Source of the DNA: a virus
Lineage: Duplodnaviria > Caudoviricetes
DNA: 53,737 nt
Virus record (IMG/VR): IMGVR_UViG_3300002092_000056
Coordinates: 1-53,737 of that record
Reading direction: 5' to 3' (one strand)
In this document: piece by piece, positions 26,589 through 36,149 of the stretch
Layout: each line of letters starts with the position of its first letter
How positions within the stretch are numbered: position 1 is the stretch's first letter
The notes under the pieces: model-generated
Told to the model about the DNA's origin: nothing
Database searches by the model: none
What the model saw: the letters and a program-made list of their open reading frames with translations, nothing else
Made by a program: the position numbers and the translations under genes

Positions 26589-27763
26589 TCGAGCGCGCAC
26601 ACGCCAAGCTGTCCGCATCGGGCAGCGAGAAGTGGATGACCTGCACGCCCAGCGCGCAGCTTGAGGACGGCTTTGAGGACGAAGGCAGCGAGTTTTCCAA
26701 GGAAGGCACGTTTGCCCATGAGCTGTTGTCTCACCGCCTGCTGGGCTATCTTGGCCGGCCGCAAGAGCACAAGGATGAGTTGTCGATCCCAGGCTACGCA
26801 AGGTTTTGGAGCACAGACCTGCACGACTACGTGGTGGAGACCATGCGCTTTGTCATGGACGCCATCAAGGCCGCGCGTGCACGCTGCAAGGACCCGGTGA
26901 TCATGGTCGAGCAGCGCCTGGACTTCAGCGTCTGGGTGCCCGAAGGCTTCGGCACAGGCGACGTGGTGATCGTCACCGACGGCCTGGTCGAGGTGCTGGA
27001 TTTGAAGTATGGCAAGGGCATCTACGTGGACGCCACGAACAACAGCCAAATGCGGCTGTACGGTTTGGGTGCGTTCAATGAGCTGAACCACTTGTACGAC
27101 CTTACGCACGTCGCGATGACCATCATGCAGCCGCGCTTAAACAACTGGGGCAGCGAGACCTTGGCGGCCGAAGCCTTGCTGGCCTGGGCCGACGATGAGG
27201 TTGTGCCCAAAGCCAAGCTGGCCTGGGCCGGCGAGGGTGACTTCGTTGCCGGTGATCATTGCACCAGCTGCTTTTGCAAGGCACGTTACACATGCCCGGC
27301 GCGAGCCGAGCAGTCGCTGGCCGTGGCCAAGGTTGAGTTTGCGCAAGCCGTGCCGCCGGCCGTGGAGACTTTGTCAGTCGAACGCATTGCGCAGCTGCTG
27401 CCCAAGGCCGACATGGTGATCGATTGGTTCAACGATTTGAAGGCGTACAGCCTTGAGCAGGCGACCAAGCACGGCAACATCGTGCCAGGCTTCAAGCTGG
27501 TCGAGGGCCGGGCAAATAGAAAGTACAGCAACCAAGATGACGTTGCCGCCACACTCAAGGCGGCCGGCATTGAAGAAGCTGTGATGTACGAACGCAGCCT
27601 CCTTGGCATCACAGCCATGGAGAAGGCGATCGGCAAGAAGGTGTTGACCGAAGTGCTGGGCGATCTGATCGTCAAGCCCGAAGGTAAACCAACGCTGGTG
27701 CCTGTCTCTGACAAGCGTCCAGCACTCGCTTCAGCAGCGTCAGCTGCCGAAGATTTTTCGTAA
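26585..27763 (+). CDS. DUF2800 PD-(D/E)xK exonuclease
   Basis: HAKLSASGS..W..C.PS, EGT.AHE, FGTGD, DLKYGKG, QMRLYGLG, HC..CFCKA...C. Confidence 0.92.
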   Translation: MIERAHAKLSASGSEKWMTCTPSAQLEDGFEDEGSEFSKEGTFAHELLSHRLLGYLGRPQEHKDELSIPGYARFWSTDLHDYVVETMRFVMDAIKAARARCKDPVIMVEQRLDFSVWVPEGFGTGDVVIVTDGLVEVLDLKYGKGIYVDATNNSQMRLYGLGAFNELNHLYDLTHVAMTIMQPRLNNWGSETLAAEALLAWADDEVVPKAKLAWAGEGDFVAGDHCTSCFCKARYTCPARAEQSLAVAKVEFAQAVPPAVETLSVERIAQLLPKADMVIDWFNDLKAYSLEQATKHGNIVPGFKLVEGRANRKYSNQDDVAATLKAAGIEEAVMYERSLLGITAMEKAIGKKVLTEVLGDLIVKPEGKPTLVPVSDKRPALASAASAAEDFS

Positions 27764-27782
27764 ATCAGTAAGAAAGTTTTTT

Positions 27783-28328
27783 ATGTCTACTACCAAAGTT
27801 GTTACGGGCAAAGTCCGTTTGTCTTATGCGTTTTTGTTTGAGGCTCGCGCCCCACGCGAGAACCCCGAAGGCGAGAAGAAGTTTTCCACAAGCATCTTGA
27901 TCCCCAAGACTGACAAGGAAACCCTGGCCAAGATCAAAGAAGCGCAAGAGGCAGCGATCACAGCCAAATGGCCAGGCAAGCGCCCAGCCAAAATTGCGAG
28001 CACCTTGCATGGCGGCGACGGCGTGAAAGAGAAAACAGGCGAGCCCTACGGTCCTGAATGCAAAGGTCACTACGTCATGGCCGTGTCGTCCAAGCTGCGC
28101 CCAGGCGTTGTTGACACCAACATGAACAAGATCATCGATTCGTCGGAGATCTCAAGCGGTGACTATGCACGCGTCTCAATCAATGCCTACGCATACGACG
28201 TAAGCGGCAACCGTGGCGTGAGCTTTGGCTTGGGCAACGTGCAGCTTTTGGCCAAGGGCGAACCCCTGGGCGGATCCACCCGTGCCGAAGACGACTTCAC
28301 TGCCGTCGACGACGACTTCCTTTCTTAA
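27783..28328 (+). CDS. DUF2815 ssDNA-binding protein
   Basis: VRLSYA, LIPK.D, SG.YARVS, GN.GV.FGLGNVQ, acidic DDDFLS tail. Confidence 0.92.
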   Translation: MSTTKVVTGKVRLSYAFLFEARAPRENPEGEKKFSTSILIPKTDKETLAKIKEAQEAAITAKWPGKRPAKIASTLHGGDGVKEKTGEPYGPECKGHYVMAVSSKLRPGVVDTNMNKIIDSSEISSGDYARVSINAYAYDVSGNRGVSFGLGNVQLLAKGEPLGGSTRAEDDFTAVDDDFLS

Positions 28329-28343
28329 CCCCTGGAGAAAACC

Positions 28344-28568
28344 ATGACTGAACAAGTCCAAGCTATCGTGAACATCCAGTTCACACCCGCCGGCGCCGAG
28401 TTGGCAATTGCCGCTTTGCGCAAACTGCCTCATGAGCAGGTCGATGAATTGGTAAAACAATTCTTCGCTCAATACCAAGCGGAGATCAAAAGTTTGCAGG
28501 CCGACGCCGAAGCAGCCCAGCGCCAGCTGGACGCTGAGGTTTCTGACGTCGAGCCAAAGGCCGAGTAA
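28344..28568 (+). CDS. Hypothetical protein
   Basis: GGAG RBS; AL.KLP.EQV motif. Confidence 0.7.
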   Translation: MTEQVQAIVNIQFTPAGAELAIAALRKLPHEQVDELVKQFFAQYQAEIKSLQADAEAAQRQLDAEVSDVEPKAE

Positions 28569-28571
28569 GTT

Positions 28572-28719
28572 TCGCAGCGACGCGGTGTTATGGGCACCGC
28601 TTGCGATGACACCCCGGAAAGACGGGGACCTTTTGGCGAGGCGATCACCAGGCGGGCACTGCGAAAGCCTCTGCCCAGTTCGGTTTTTACCGGCATGCCG
28701 TACGGCCATCGCCTCACCA
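28572..28719 (+). ncRNA. Candidate structured RNA(s), including an 82-nt tRNA-like element ending ACCA
   Basis: Hairpins GCGGTG/CACCGC and CCCCG-GAAAGA-CGGGG; stem GAGGCGAT/ATCGCCTC plus ACCA enclosing three short hairpins. Confidence 0.45.
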
Positions 28720-28721
28720 AA

Positions 28722-28820
28722 ATGGAAAACGACTACACACCCGAAGAGCTTTGGATGCTGATCCGCCGGTACGAGGCGCTGATCCTGAAACTACTTAAAC
28801 GATTGGAACAACATGACTGA
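28722..28820 (+). CDS. 32-aa peptide
   Basis: MENDYTPEELWMLIRRYEALILKLLKRLEQHD; weak RBS. Confidence 0.4.
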   Translation: MENDYTPEELWMLIRRYEALILKLLKRLEQHD

Positions 28821-28977
28821 TGCAGACGAATTTTATTCAGGCTTTAAAGACGCTCTCGACTTTCTTGGCATATCTTGGTCGGATAAACAGTTGGCCGACG
28901 TTTACATAGACGGAAACAAAATTGTATTTGAGCATGAAGGCCGGACCGCGACCATCGAGCTGAAAGAACAAGCATGA
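28813..28977 (+). CDS. 54-aa hypothetical protein
   Basis: MTDADEFYSGFKDALDFLGISW...; ATGA overlap with the polymerase gene. Confidence 0.55.
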   Translation: MTDADEFYSGFKDALDFLGISWSDKQLADVYIDGNKIVFEHEGRTATIELKEQA

Positions 28978-31058
28978 ACACCTTACGAATTGACCTTGAG
29001 ACCTACAGCGATGTAGACCTGCGCAAGTGCGGTGTGCACAAGTACGCTGCAAGCCCCAACTTTCAAATCATGTTGTTTGGTTTTAAGTACGGCGACGGCC
29101 CGGCGCGCGTGATCGATCTGATGGCCGGCGAGAAAATCCCCGCTCACATCGTCAGCGCTTTGTACGACCCCTCTGTGCAAAAGACCGCATACAACGCCGC
29201 ATTTGAGCTGACCTGTTTGAGCCGGCACTTCGATGAGCCCATGCCCGTCGAGCAGTGGCGCTGCACCAGCGTGCACGCCCTTTACCTGGGCATGCCCGGC
29301 AACCTGGCTGACGTCGGCAAGGTCGTCGGCTTGCCGCCAGAGAAGCAAAAGATGTCGATTGGCTGGACCCTGATTCGATACTTCTGCATACCTTGCAAAG
29401 CGACCAAGGTCAACGGCGGGCGCACACGCAACTTGCCTCATCACGACACGGCCAAGTGGAAGCTGTTCAAAGACTACTGCGCGGCCGACGTTGAGGCTGA
29501 GGCCGCCATCGCTGCCAAGATCGACAAGTTCCCAGTGCCCGGCAAAGAATGGGTCCTCTGGCATCTGGACCAGCGCATGATGAACCGGGGCGTGAAGGTT
29601 GACCGAGAGCTGGTCTATGCCGCGATTGAATGCGACACCATTTTCAAGGAGCGCTTGACCAATGAGGCCGTCAAGCTGACGGGGTTGGACAACCCCAACA
29701 GCCGAAACCAATTGATGGACTGGCTGAACGAAGAACTCAAAGAGGGCGAGGAGGCTATCACCGACGTCACCAAGAAGACCGTGCAGCGCATGCTGGGCGA
29801 GGCCCCCACCGAGGTCATCACCCGGGTGCTGCAGATCCGTCAGGAGCTGGCCAAGACCAGCGTGTCTAAGTTCCACGCGATGGCCAGGGCGATGGACGAC
29901 AACGACGATTGCGTGCGCGGGCTGACCCAGTTCTATGGCGCCAACCGCACAGGCCGATGGGCCGGCCGCATTGTGCAGGTGCAGAACCTGCCGCAGAACA
30001 AACTCAAGGACATCGACCTGGCGCGCAACCTGCTGAAGGCGCGCGAGTACGACCTGCTGGAGACTTTGTTTGGCAATGTGCCTGACACGCTCTCACAGCT
30101 CATCAGGACGGCGTTTGTTGCCCGGCCAGGGGCTAGGTTCATCCCTGTCGATTTCAGCGCCATTGAGGCCCGTGTGATTGCTTGGCTGGCATGGTGTGAG
30201 TGGCGCCTTGATGTGTTCAAAACACACGGCATGATTTATGAGGCCTCGGCCTCGGCCATGTTTAAGGTTCCGCTGGAGTCGATCCAGTACAAGGGCGCCG
30301 ACGGCAAGAAGCACAAGGGCGTGAACTATGCGCTTCGTCAAAAGGGCAAGATCTCCGAGCTGGCTTTAGGGTATCAAGGCGGAGCCGGCGCGCTCAAGAC
30401 CATGGGCGCACTGGAGATGGGGATCGCTGAGGATGAGCTGGACGGGATCAAGGATGCTTGGCGCGCGGCCAACCTAGAGATCTCCAGCTTTGACCACCGC
30501 AGCCCCGGGCTGTGGCTTAAATGCGATACCGCATCCAAGCAGGCGGTGGCCAGGCGCACCAGCGTGAAGGTGGATGTGGCCGGCGGCCGGGCGCATTTGG
30601 TGTTTGCTTTGGAGTCGGGCTTCTTGACGATCAAGCTACCATCGGGGCGCAAGCTGTACTACGTAAAACCACGTATCGAGGCTGAGGATTTGGTGCGCGA
30701 GAACAGCAAGACCGGCAAACCTTTTATGGTGGCCAGTGCCGGGTCGCTGACCTACGAAGGCCTGGACCAGAAGACCAAACAATGGACACGCCTGTCTACT
30801 TACGGCGGCAAGCTGGTGGAGAACATTACCCAGGCGATTGCCCGGGACTGCATGGCCGACTCGATGCTGGCGCTGGACGAAGAGGATTACGAACAGCTGT
30901 TCACCGTGCACGACGAAGACGTGCTGGAGATGCCGATTGGCACGGGCTCTCTGGCCGAGGCCGAAGAGATCATGGGCCGAGCCCTGCACTGGGCGCCAGG
31001 CCTGCCGCTGCGCGCCGATGGATTTGAAACACCTTATTACATGAAAGAGATCGACTGA
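28974..31058 (+). CDS. DNA polymerase, family A (phage type)
   Basis: Exonuclease DLETYS and YNAAFE; RTGRW; motif A DFSAIEAR, motif B RQKGKISELALGY, motif C VHDE. Confidence 0.95.
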   Translation: MNTLRIDLETYSDVDLRKCGVHKYAASPNFQIMLFGFKYGDGPARVIDLMAGEKIPAHIVSALYDPSVQKTAYNAAFELTCLSRHFDEPMPVEQWRCTSVHALYLGMPGNLADVGKVVGLPPEKQKMSIGWTLIRYFCIPCKATKVNGGRTRNLPHHDTAKWKLFKDYCAADVEAEAAIAAKIDKFPVPGKEWVLWHLDQRMMNRGVKVDRELVYAAIECDTIFKERLTNEAVKLTGLDNPNSRNQLMDWLNEELKEGEEAITDVTKKTVQRMLGEAPTEVITRVLQIRQELAKTSVSKFHAMARAMDDNDDCVRGLTQFYGANRTGRWAGRIVQVQNLPQNKLKDIDLARNLLKAREYDLLETLFGNVPDTLSQLIRTAFVARPGARFIPVDFSAIEARVIAWLAWCEWRLDVFKTHGMIYEASASAMFKVPLESIQYKGADGKKHKGVNYALRQKGKISELALGYQGGAGALKTMGALEMGIAEDELDGIKDAWRAANLEISSFDHRSPGLWLKCDTASKQAVARRTSVKVDVAGGRAHLVFALESGFLTIKLPSGRKLYYVKPRIEAEDLVRENSKTGKPFMVASAGSLTYEGLDQKTKQWTRLSTYGGKLVENITQAIARDCMADSMLALDEEDYEQLFTVHDEDVLEMPIGTGSLAEAEEIMGRALHWAPGLPLRADGFETPYYMKEID

Positions 31059-31507
31059 TGGACCACGAACAAACCCCTCGCAGCTGCTCCAATTGCAAGC
31101 ACGCCTTTGCTTCGCCTCTTGAGCAACCTTGCCAAAGCTGCTTGCCTCACCCTACACATGTGAATTGGGAGATAAGCGATCACCCTGTAGAAATGTTGGA
31201 TGAGATGCCCACGGCCGCGCCGGGGCGCAAGTTTGATGGCGACAAACGTGACTACACCTTGCTTCCATGGGATGCACTGGAAGAGATTGTAAAGGTGTTG
31301 GAGTTTGGCGCAAAGAAGTATGACCGGGACAACTGGAAACACGTCGACGACGCCCAGCACCGGTACACCAAAGCGGCGTTGCGCCACCTTGTTGCGCACA
31401 CCAAGGGCGAGGCCAACGACGCCGAGAGCGGGCTTTCACACTTGGCTCATCTTGGGTGCTGCGTTTTATTTTTACTTGCCTTGGAAAAAACAGATGACCA
31501 TCCGTGA
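31058..31507 (+). CDS. dATP/dGTP diphosphohydrolase domain protein (DUF5664-like)
   Basis: G.K.D..K....LLP, V..FGAKKY...NW, A..RH, D.ESGL.HLAH..C. Confidence 0.85.
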   Translation: MDHEQTPRSCSNCKHAFASPLEQPCQSCLPHPTHVNWEISDHPVEMLDEMPTAAPGRKFDGDKRDYTLLPWDALEEIVKVLEFGAKKYDRDNWKHVDDAQHRYTKAALRHLVAHTKGEANDAESGLSHLAHLGCCVLFLLALEKTDDHP

Positions 31508-31805
31508 ACGCATGCCCCAGGCAGCGGTGGCTGAGATGTCTGCACGCATGGCTGAGATCTTGCAACAGCGCGCCGCCCTTGGCCATGAAGACCTTGGCTA
31601 TGTGGTCGAGGCGGTGGCCAAGCTAAAAGACGAAAAGCTCAAAAGCTTGATCGCCGAGCTGATTGGCTGGGGCGATGACGAACGCGCCGAACTTGAAAGC
31701 TTTATTGCGGTGGCCATCGAGGTCATGCGCAAAACCAATCCCTCAAAACTGCGCGAAGCGACACGCATTGTGGAGCTGCGCTACCTACTGAAAGAGCAAT
31801 CGTGA
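31494..31805 (+). CDS. Hypothetical protein
   Basis: MTIRERMPQ..., helical 103 aa. Confidence 0.6.
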   Translation: MTIRERMPQAAVAEMSARMAEILQQRAALGHEDLGYVVEAVAKLKDEKLKSLIAELIGWGDDERAELESFIAVAIEVMRKTNPSKLREATRIVELRYLLKEQS

Positions 31806-31909
31806 ACACCCTTTTGATGGGGGCCCTAGCGGCCCTTCTCATTGCCCTTGGAGTGGCTGTCTTTGTCCTGGTCATCGGCAGCATTTTGCTGCTGATGGCC
31901 AAGCGCTGA
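31802..31909 (+). CDS. 35-aa membrane peptide
   Basis: GTGA overlap; one long hydrophobic helix. Confidence 0.5.
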   Translation: MNTLLMGALAALLIALGVAVFVLVIGSILLLMAKR

Positions 31910-34900
31910 TCAGTCCTTCTCGGATCCGCCGACGGTAAGTCCTTCTTTCAGGTTTTCCTTTTTCGTGCGCAGGCGTTCGACCAACTCGTCTGCACGCTTG
32001 GGCGTATAGAACCCGCGCCCCTCGCCCCGGTGCACAGCTTTAATCTGCTTGTCGATTTCGGCAATCAGTTTTTTGCGTTCGCTGTTTGCCATTTGTGCAG
32101 ACACATCCAGGTCAACCGGCCGCACCTTGATGCCGACCGTTTGCATGGCCGCGTACTTGGCTTGGACGGGCTGGCCCATCTTGTCGGTGCCGGTGTACTC
32201 GCGGAAATACAGATCGATGTCTTTGCCAGTGGCGTTGGCCAGCGCGTTCATCACGCGGTCAAAGTGGTAGTTGAACGGAGCCACCGCAGGCGCGGCCTGC
32301 TTGTATGCCCACTCTCCCCACTTCTGACTTTTCTCGGCCGCCGTGTCTAGCTTGGCGCTGACGACGTCCTTGGCCGTGAACAGATCCCGGTTGCCGAGCA
32401 AGGCTGACAAGGTTGAAAACACCGGGCTGTTTGGCGTAAGCCAAGACGGCAACGGCAGGCCACCGGTGTTGTTGACGAAGTCGCCCATGTCGCCGCCTGG
32501 GAACATGCGGCTGATGTCCAAGAACAAAGGCAAGCCAGTCAGCTCATCCATACCAAGGCGGATAACCTTGGGTGTGCCAAAAATGCTGAGGCCCTTTTGC
32601 CATTCAGGCAAATTCTTGCGCTCTTCTTTTTCCAGGCCGTTTGCTTTGGCGCGGAACTCGGGGTCCATGAGGTAGCGCTGGGCAAGCTTCCACCATTCGT
32701 CGTCGCCGTCTCCGCCGCTGGCGCCGGCCGCGATAGCGTAGCCCATGGCATTGACCGCAGCCAAAATGGCAGCCGGACCGGCAAACCGGTGCGGGTGCTC
32801 GGCCAGGGTTTGAGCAATTATGGGCATGGCCTTGTAGGACCATGAGAAAAACGGAATGCCGATTGGCGCATCGCGAATCGTGCGCGCGCCCTTGGGCAGG
32901 TCGTCGTATGTGAAGATGTATTTCTGCGCGTAGTCAACTGCATCATCGACTTCCAAACCACGCTGGCGCGCGTCGCGGTAAATGAGGTATCGGAAATACA
33001 AGTCTTCAGCCTCATACGCCACGGCCAAAGGTTTGCGCAAACCCAAGGACGCAATGTTCCAAGCCAGGTTGCCAAGCTTTGCAGCCTGACTTTCGGTTTT
33101 GCCGGCCAATACTTTGAGCTCATCGGGCAGCATGTTGACCAGCTCTTCTTGGTTGAAAGTGCCCAAGAACAAGCCCGCGTCTTTGGCTTCTTTGACCATG
33201 TCGGAGTTGCTGACCAGATCCTTCAAGGCGCCAAAGTATTTGTGGCCATCCCAATATGAGACCCCGGCAAAGTGCGCCATGGTCACGTTGGAAGCCACGT
33301 TGTTGACGTGAGCCACAGGGTTGAGAACGGTCTTGCCCTCTTTCCATTTTGACAAGCCGGCGCGGTACAGCTTGAGCAGCTCGCCTTGCATGGCTTCGTC
33401 GTTTGAGCTCAGCTGGTCGAGCACTTCCTGCGGCACCCACATGTCAGCCAGGGCGCCGTAGCGTTTGGCGTTGGTGTCTTCGACTTTGGTGGCCGGCACT
33501 TGAGCAAACCCAGGCTGCTCGGTGCGCGAGGCAAGATCGGATGCGATGCGCTCATACAGCCGGCCCAGGGCGATGTCGCGCTGGCTTCGGTTGTAACCCA
33601 TCACAAAGCGAAACATGGCGTCGCGAATCTCGCCCATGTTTTCGCGTTCGTCTTTGGTGTAATCGCGCCACACCATGATCACGTCATGCTTGGCCGAGTC
33701 AAACTTGGCGTCGCGAACTTCCCAGCCTTCGGCCAGCCAGTCATTGAGGTCTTCGACGTTGATTGTCTGGAACAAACCCCGGCTTTTGAGACTGGAGCCG
33801 CCGATACCTTGCATGGTTTTCTGGCGGCCAAGCAAAGCCTTGGCTGCTTTCACCCAGCCTGCGGCTTCAGACTTCAACGTCTGTTCATAAAAGCGCGGCA
33901 GATACTGGCCATCCCACCGGCCGGCGGCTTCTTTGGACAGCATGCCCAGGCGCACCAGCTCATTAGACTGCTCCGTCATCAAGGCCTGCATGGACGCGGC
34001 CAGCTCAAGCACGCGCTTGGGCGGAATCACACCAAAGGCAAGCTGGCCTTCAATGACGTCGCTGATCATTTGGCGTTCGTCTTCTGGCAGCTCTTGCAGG
34101 TTCTTGGCCACGTCGACTGTGAGGTTGCGAGCCTTGGCCACTTCAACTTTCATCTGACGCATGTAGCGCGACAGCTCAGGGCTGACGGGCTTGAGCGAAC
34201 CGATGAGGGGCGTCTTCTCCAAAAGGGTGTTGGCCACATCGCCAACATACCGGTAAGCCTTGGCGCCTGCGCCAAAACGGAACCGGCCCAGGGCGTCGCG
34301 GCTGACGATCCAGCCGTCTGATTCTCGGCCGACTTGTTTGTTGCTGAACGCGATTGGCGCGCCGGTAACATCTGTTTCGGTCTCGCTGAAGGTGGCATTC
34401 TTGGCCAGGACCAGGGGACCAATTTGAATTACCTCGTCGGCCTGCAGCACAGGGCGCATGGTATCGCGATCGTAAAAATAGCTGTGACGGAATGGATCCA
34501 TGCCGACCTGAGTCCAAGCCGGATCTTTCAAGGCAGCGTCTGCGCGCACTTGGGCGGCAGATACACTGATGGGTTTCCATTTCCCAAAAACTGTGGCAAT
34601 TGTGCCTTTGGCTGAGCCTGTTGCAATCTTGGCTGCAGCCTTTTGATTCATACCAAAGTAGGCGTCAGTGATCGCGGCCACGGACTCATAACCAACGACT
34701 TGGCCGGCGTCATACGCGGCTTGCACATTGGTGTTGGTGGACTTGGGCGTGTGCACACTGACAACCCAGGCGTCGTGGTTTTGATAGGACGGTATGTCCA
34801 GGCGCAGCTGGGCAAAGTCTCCGGCTTTCAATTCTTTGGACGGCAGGCCGTACTTGGCCGCCTTTTCAGAACTCTGACCCCGGCCTGTTTCCAAAGCGTA

Positions 34901-36145
34901 AATTGCTTCGGCTTTGGTGGTGATGGCCGGCACAGCAGCATAAGGGTAGACGGGGCGCAGCTCGTCCACCATGCGGTTGTATTCGTCCAGGGTGATTTTG
35001 CCTTCTTGCAGATCGGTTACGCCCTGTTGAAGCGCTTCGGTGCGTTTGAAACGATCGGCGCTTGTGCCCTCGACCCGGCTGGCGGCAGCGTTCTTTTGCT
35101 CTGCCCGGTTTACGGCGTATCCTGGTTGGCCAGGCTCATTCCGTTCTTGAACTGTTCCTTCACCGCTCGGTCGAACGCCTGCGCGTTTGCCCTCGCCTCC
35201 ATTTGTTTTGCTGGAGACATTGGCGCCCGTGGTCGAGTCGTAGACGGTTTGGCTGATCCAGCCTTCGGCAAGGGCTTTGTCTGTTTCATCTTTAAATTTC
35301 TCCAATAAACCTTCGCGAGTAACGGCGGGCACGTCGGCAAGCGTAGAAAACACGGCGTTGTTGTGGCCGCGCGAGTTGTCAATTACAGCGATTTTAAAAT
35401 CGGGGTTGCTGCCAAACGTCTCTTCGAGTTTGCGCACGACTTCGCTGGACCCGGCATGCCCCTTGGCCAAAGCGTCAAGAGGCACAGTGCGGCCCTTCTT
35501 CATGGCCCGGTCAAGCACGCCACCCTTTCGGTTGGCTAAGGCATCGACAGGTTCCCGATACACATAGGCTATGCGGACGCTCTGGTTGTTGTCAAGGGCA
35601 AGCTGGACATTCTTGACCGCCTTGTCGTAGTTTGACAACGTGCCGTCAAGGATTGTGTTTGCCCTGTCCATTTCGGCGCTGAGCAGGTGTTCGGCGCTGG
35701 ACTTACCTGCCCCACCACCGCCGGCCATAAAGACCACCAAGGCCCCGTCAGGTGCGTTGGCCATGCGTTTTTCAAACGATGTCTGGGTAAACTCGCTGGC
35801 GGCTTCGTGCACTTCAAAAGCACGGCTGCGATCTGCGCGGTATTCAGGCGACAGCTCACGCGCCTGGTCGGTATCTAGCAGCTTGCCGCCCTTGGTAGCA
35901 GGCAAAGAGCTGTACTCGCGCACGGCTGCGTCAAAGTCGGAAAAGATTTTTTGTCTCAGGCGGTCATCGAGATTGTCTTGCTTAAGGCTGAACGCAGGCG
36001 CGGCCCCGCCGGGCATCCGCGCAGCAAAGGATGGCAGCAGCTGCTTCAGGCCACCATCCAGCAAGAACGCTTTAAAGGCAGCCTGGCCGGTGATGACCTG
36101 ACGTCCGCCGTCAGCATTTGTGAAAGCGTAGGTACAGGTCGTCAT
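31910..36145 (-). CDS. Large polyvalent internal virion protein 2 (zeta-toxin-like kinase, unknown domain, C-terminal ejection-protein region)
   Basis: FMAGGGGAGKSS, ILDGTL, YVYREP, R...GRTVP; helical C-terminal region typical of podovirus ejection proteins. Confidence 0.85.
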   Translation of the reverse strand: MTTCTYAFTNADGGRQVITGQAAFKAFLLDGGLKQLLPSFAARMPGGAAPAFSLKQDNLDDRLRQKIFSDFDAAVREYSSLPATKGGKLLDTDQARELSPEYRADRSRAFEVHEAASEFTQTSFEKRMANAPDGALVVFMAGGGGAGKSSAEHLLSAEMDRANTILDGTLSNYDKAVKNVQLALDNNQSVRIAYVYREPVDALANRKGGVLDRAMKKGRTVPLDALAKGHAGSSEVVRKLEETFGSNPDFKIAVIDNSRGHNNAVFSTLADVPAVTREGLLEKFKDETDKALAEGWISQTVYDSTTGANVSSKTNGGEGKRAGVRPSGEGTVQERNEPGQPGYAVNRAEQKNAAASRVEGTSADRFKRTEALQQGVTDLQEGKITLDEYNRMVDELRPVYPYAAVPAITTKAEAIYALETGRGQSSEKAAKYGLPSKELKAGDFAQLRLDIPSYQNHDAWVVSVHTPKSTNTNVQAAYDAGQVVGYESVAAITDAYFGMNQKAAAKIATGSAKGTIATVFGKWKPISVSAAQVRADAALKDPAWTQVGMDPFRHSYFYDRDTMRPVLQADEVIQIGPLVLAKNATFSETETDVTGAPIAFSNKQVGRESDGWIVSRDALGRFRFGAGAKAYRYVGDVANTLLEKTPLIGSLKPVSPELSRYMRQMKVEVAKARNLTVDVAKNLQELPEDERQMISDVIEGQLAFGVIPPKRVLELAASMQALMTEQSNELVRLGMLSKEAAGRWDGQYLPRFYEQTLKSEAAGWVKAAKALLGRQKTMQGIGGSSLKSRGLFQTINVEDLNDWLAEGWEVRDAKFDSAKHDVIMVWRDYTKDERENMGEIRDAMFRFVMGYNRSQRDIALGRLYERIASDLASRTEQPGFAQVPATKVEDTNAKRYGALADMWVPQEVLDQLSSNDEAMQGELLKLYRAGLSKWKEGKTVLNPVAHVNNVASNVTMAHFAGVSYWDGHKYFGALKDLVSNSDMVKEAKDAGLFLGTFNQEELVNMLPDELKVLAGKTESQAAKLGNLAWNIASLGLRKPLAVAYEAEDLYFRYLIYRDARQRGLEVDDAVDYAQKYIFTYDDLPKGARTIRDAPIGIPFFSWSYKAMPIIAQTLAEHPHRFAGPAAILAAVNAMGYAIAAGASGGDGDDEWWKLAQRYLMDPEFRAKANGLEKEERKNLPEWQKGLSIFGTPKVIRLGMDELTGLPLFLDISRMFPGGDMGDFVNNTGGLPLPSWLTPNSPVFSTLSALLGNRDLFTAKDVVSAKLDTAAEKSQKWGEWAYKQAAPAVAPFNYHFDRVMNALANATGKDIDLYFREYTGTDKMGQPVQAKYAAMQTVGIKVRPVDLDVSAQMANSERKKLIAEIDKQIKAVHRGEGRGFYTPKRADELVERLRTKKENLKEGLTVGGSEKD
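35110..35289 (-). CDS. Overprinted +1-frame ORF (59 aa), candidate antitoxin for the zeta domain
   Basis: GGAG 10 nt before ATG; ends ...AQAFDRAVKEQFKNGMSLANQDTP; starts at the zeta domain C-terminus. Confidence 0.55.
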   Translation of the reverse strand: MKQTKPLPKAGSAKPSTTRPRAPMSPAKQMEARANAQAFDRAVKEQFKNGMSLANQDTP

Positions 36146-36149
36146 CGGT

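Noticed and set aside
26585-27763. Cas4/CRISPR system
   Set aside because: It is the DUF2800 exonuclease of the replication module; no array or other cas genes.
28638-28719. Canonical tRNA gene
   Set aside because: No correctly placed T-loop or D-loop consensus; kept only as a tRNA-like candidate.
31058-31507. Z-genome or deazaguanine modification system
   Set aside because: No PurZ, DpdA or Que-pathway genes recognised.
34150-34422. Nested +1 ORF at the end of the unidentified domain
   Set aside because: No SD; Pro/Arg/Ser/Trp-rich shadow composition.
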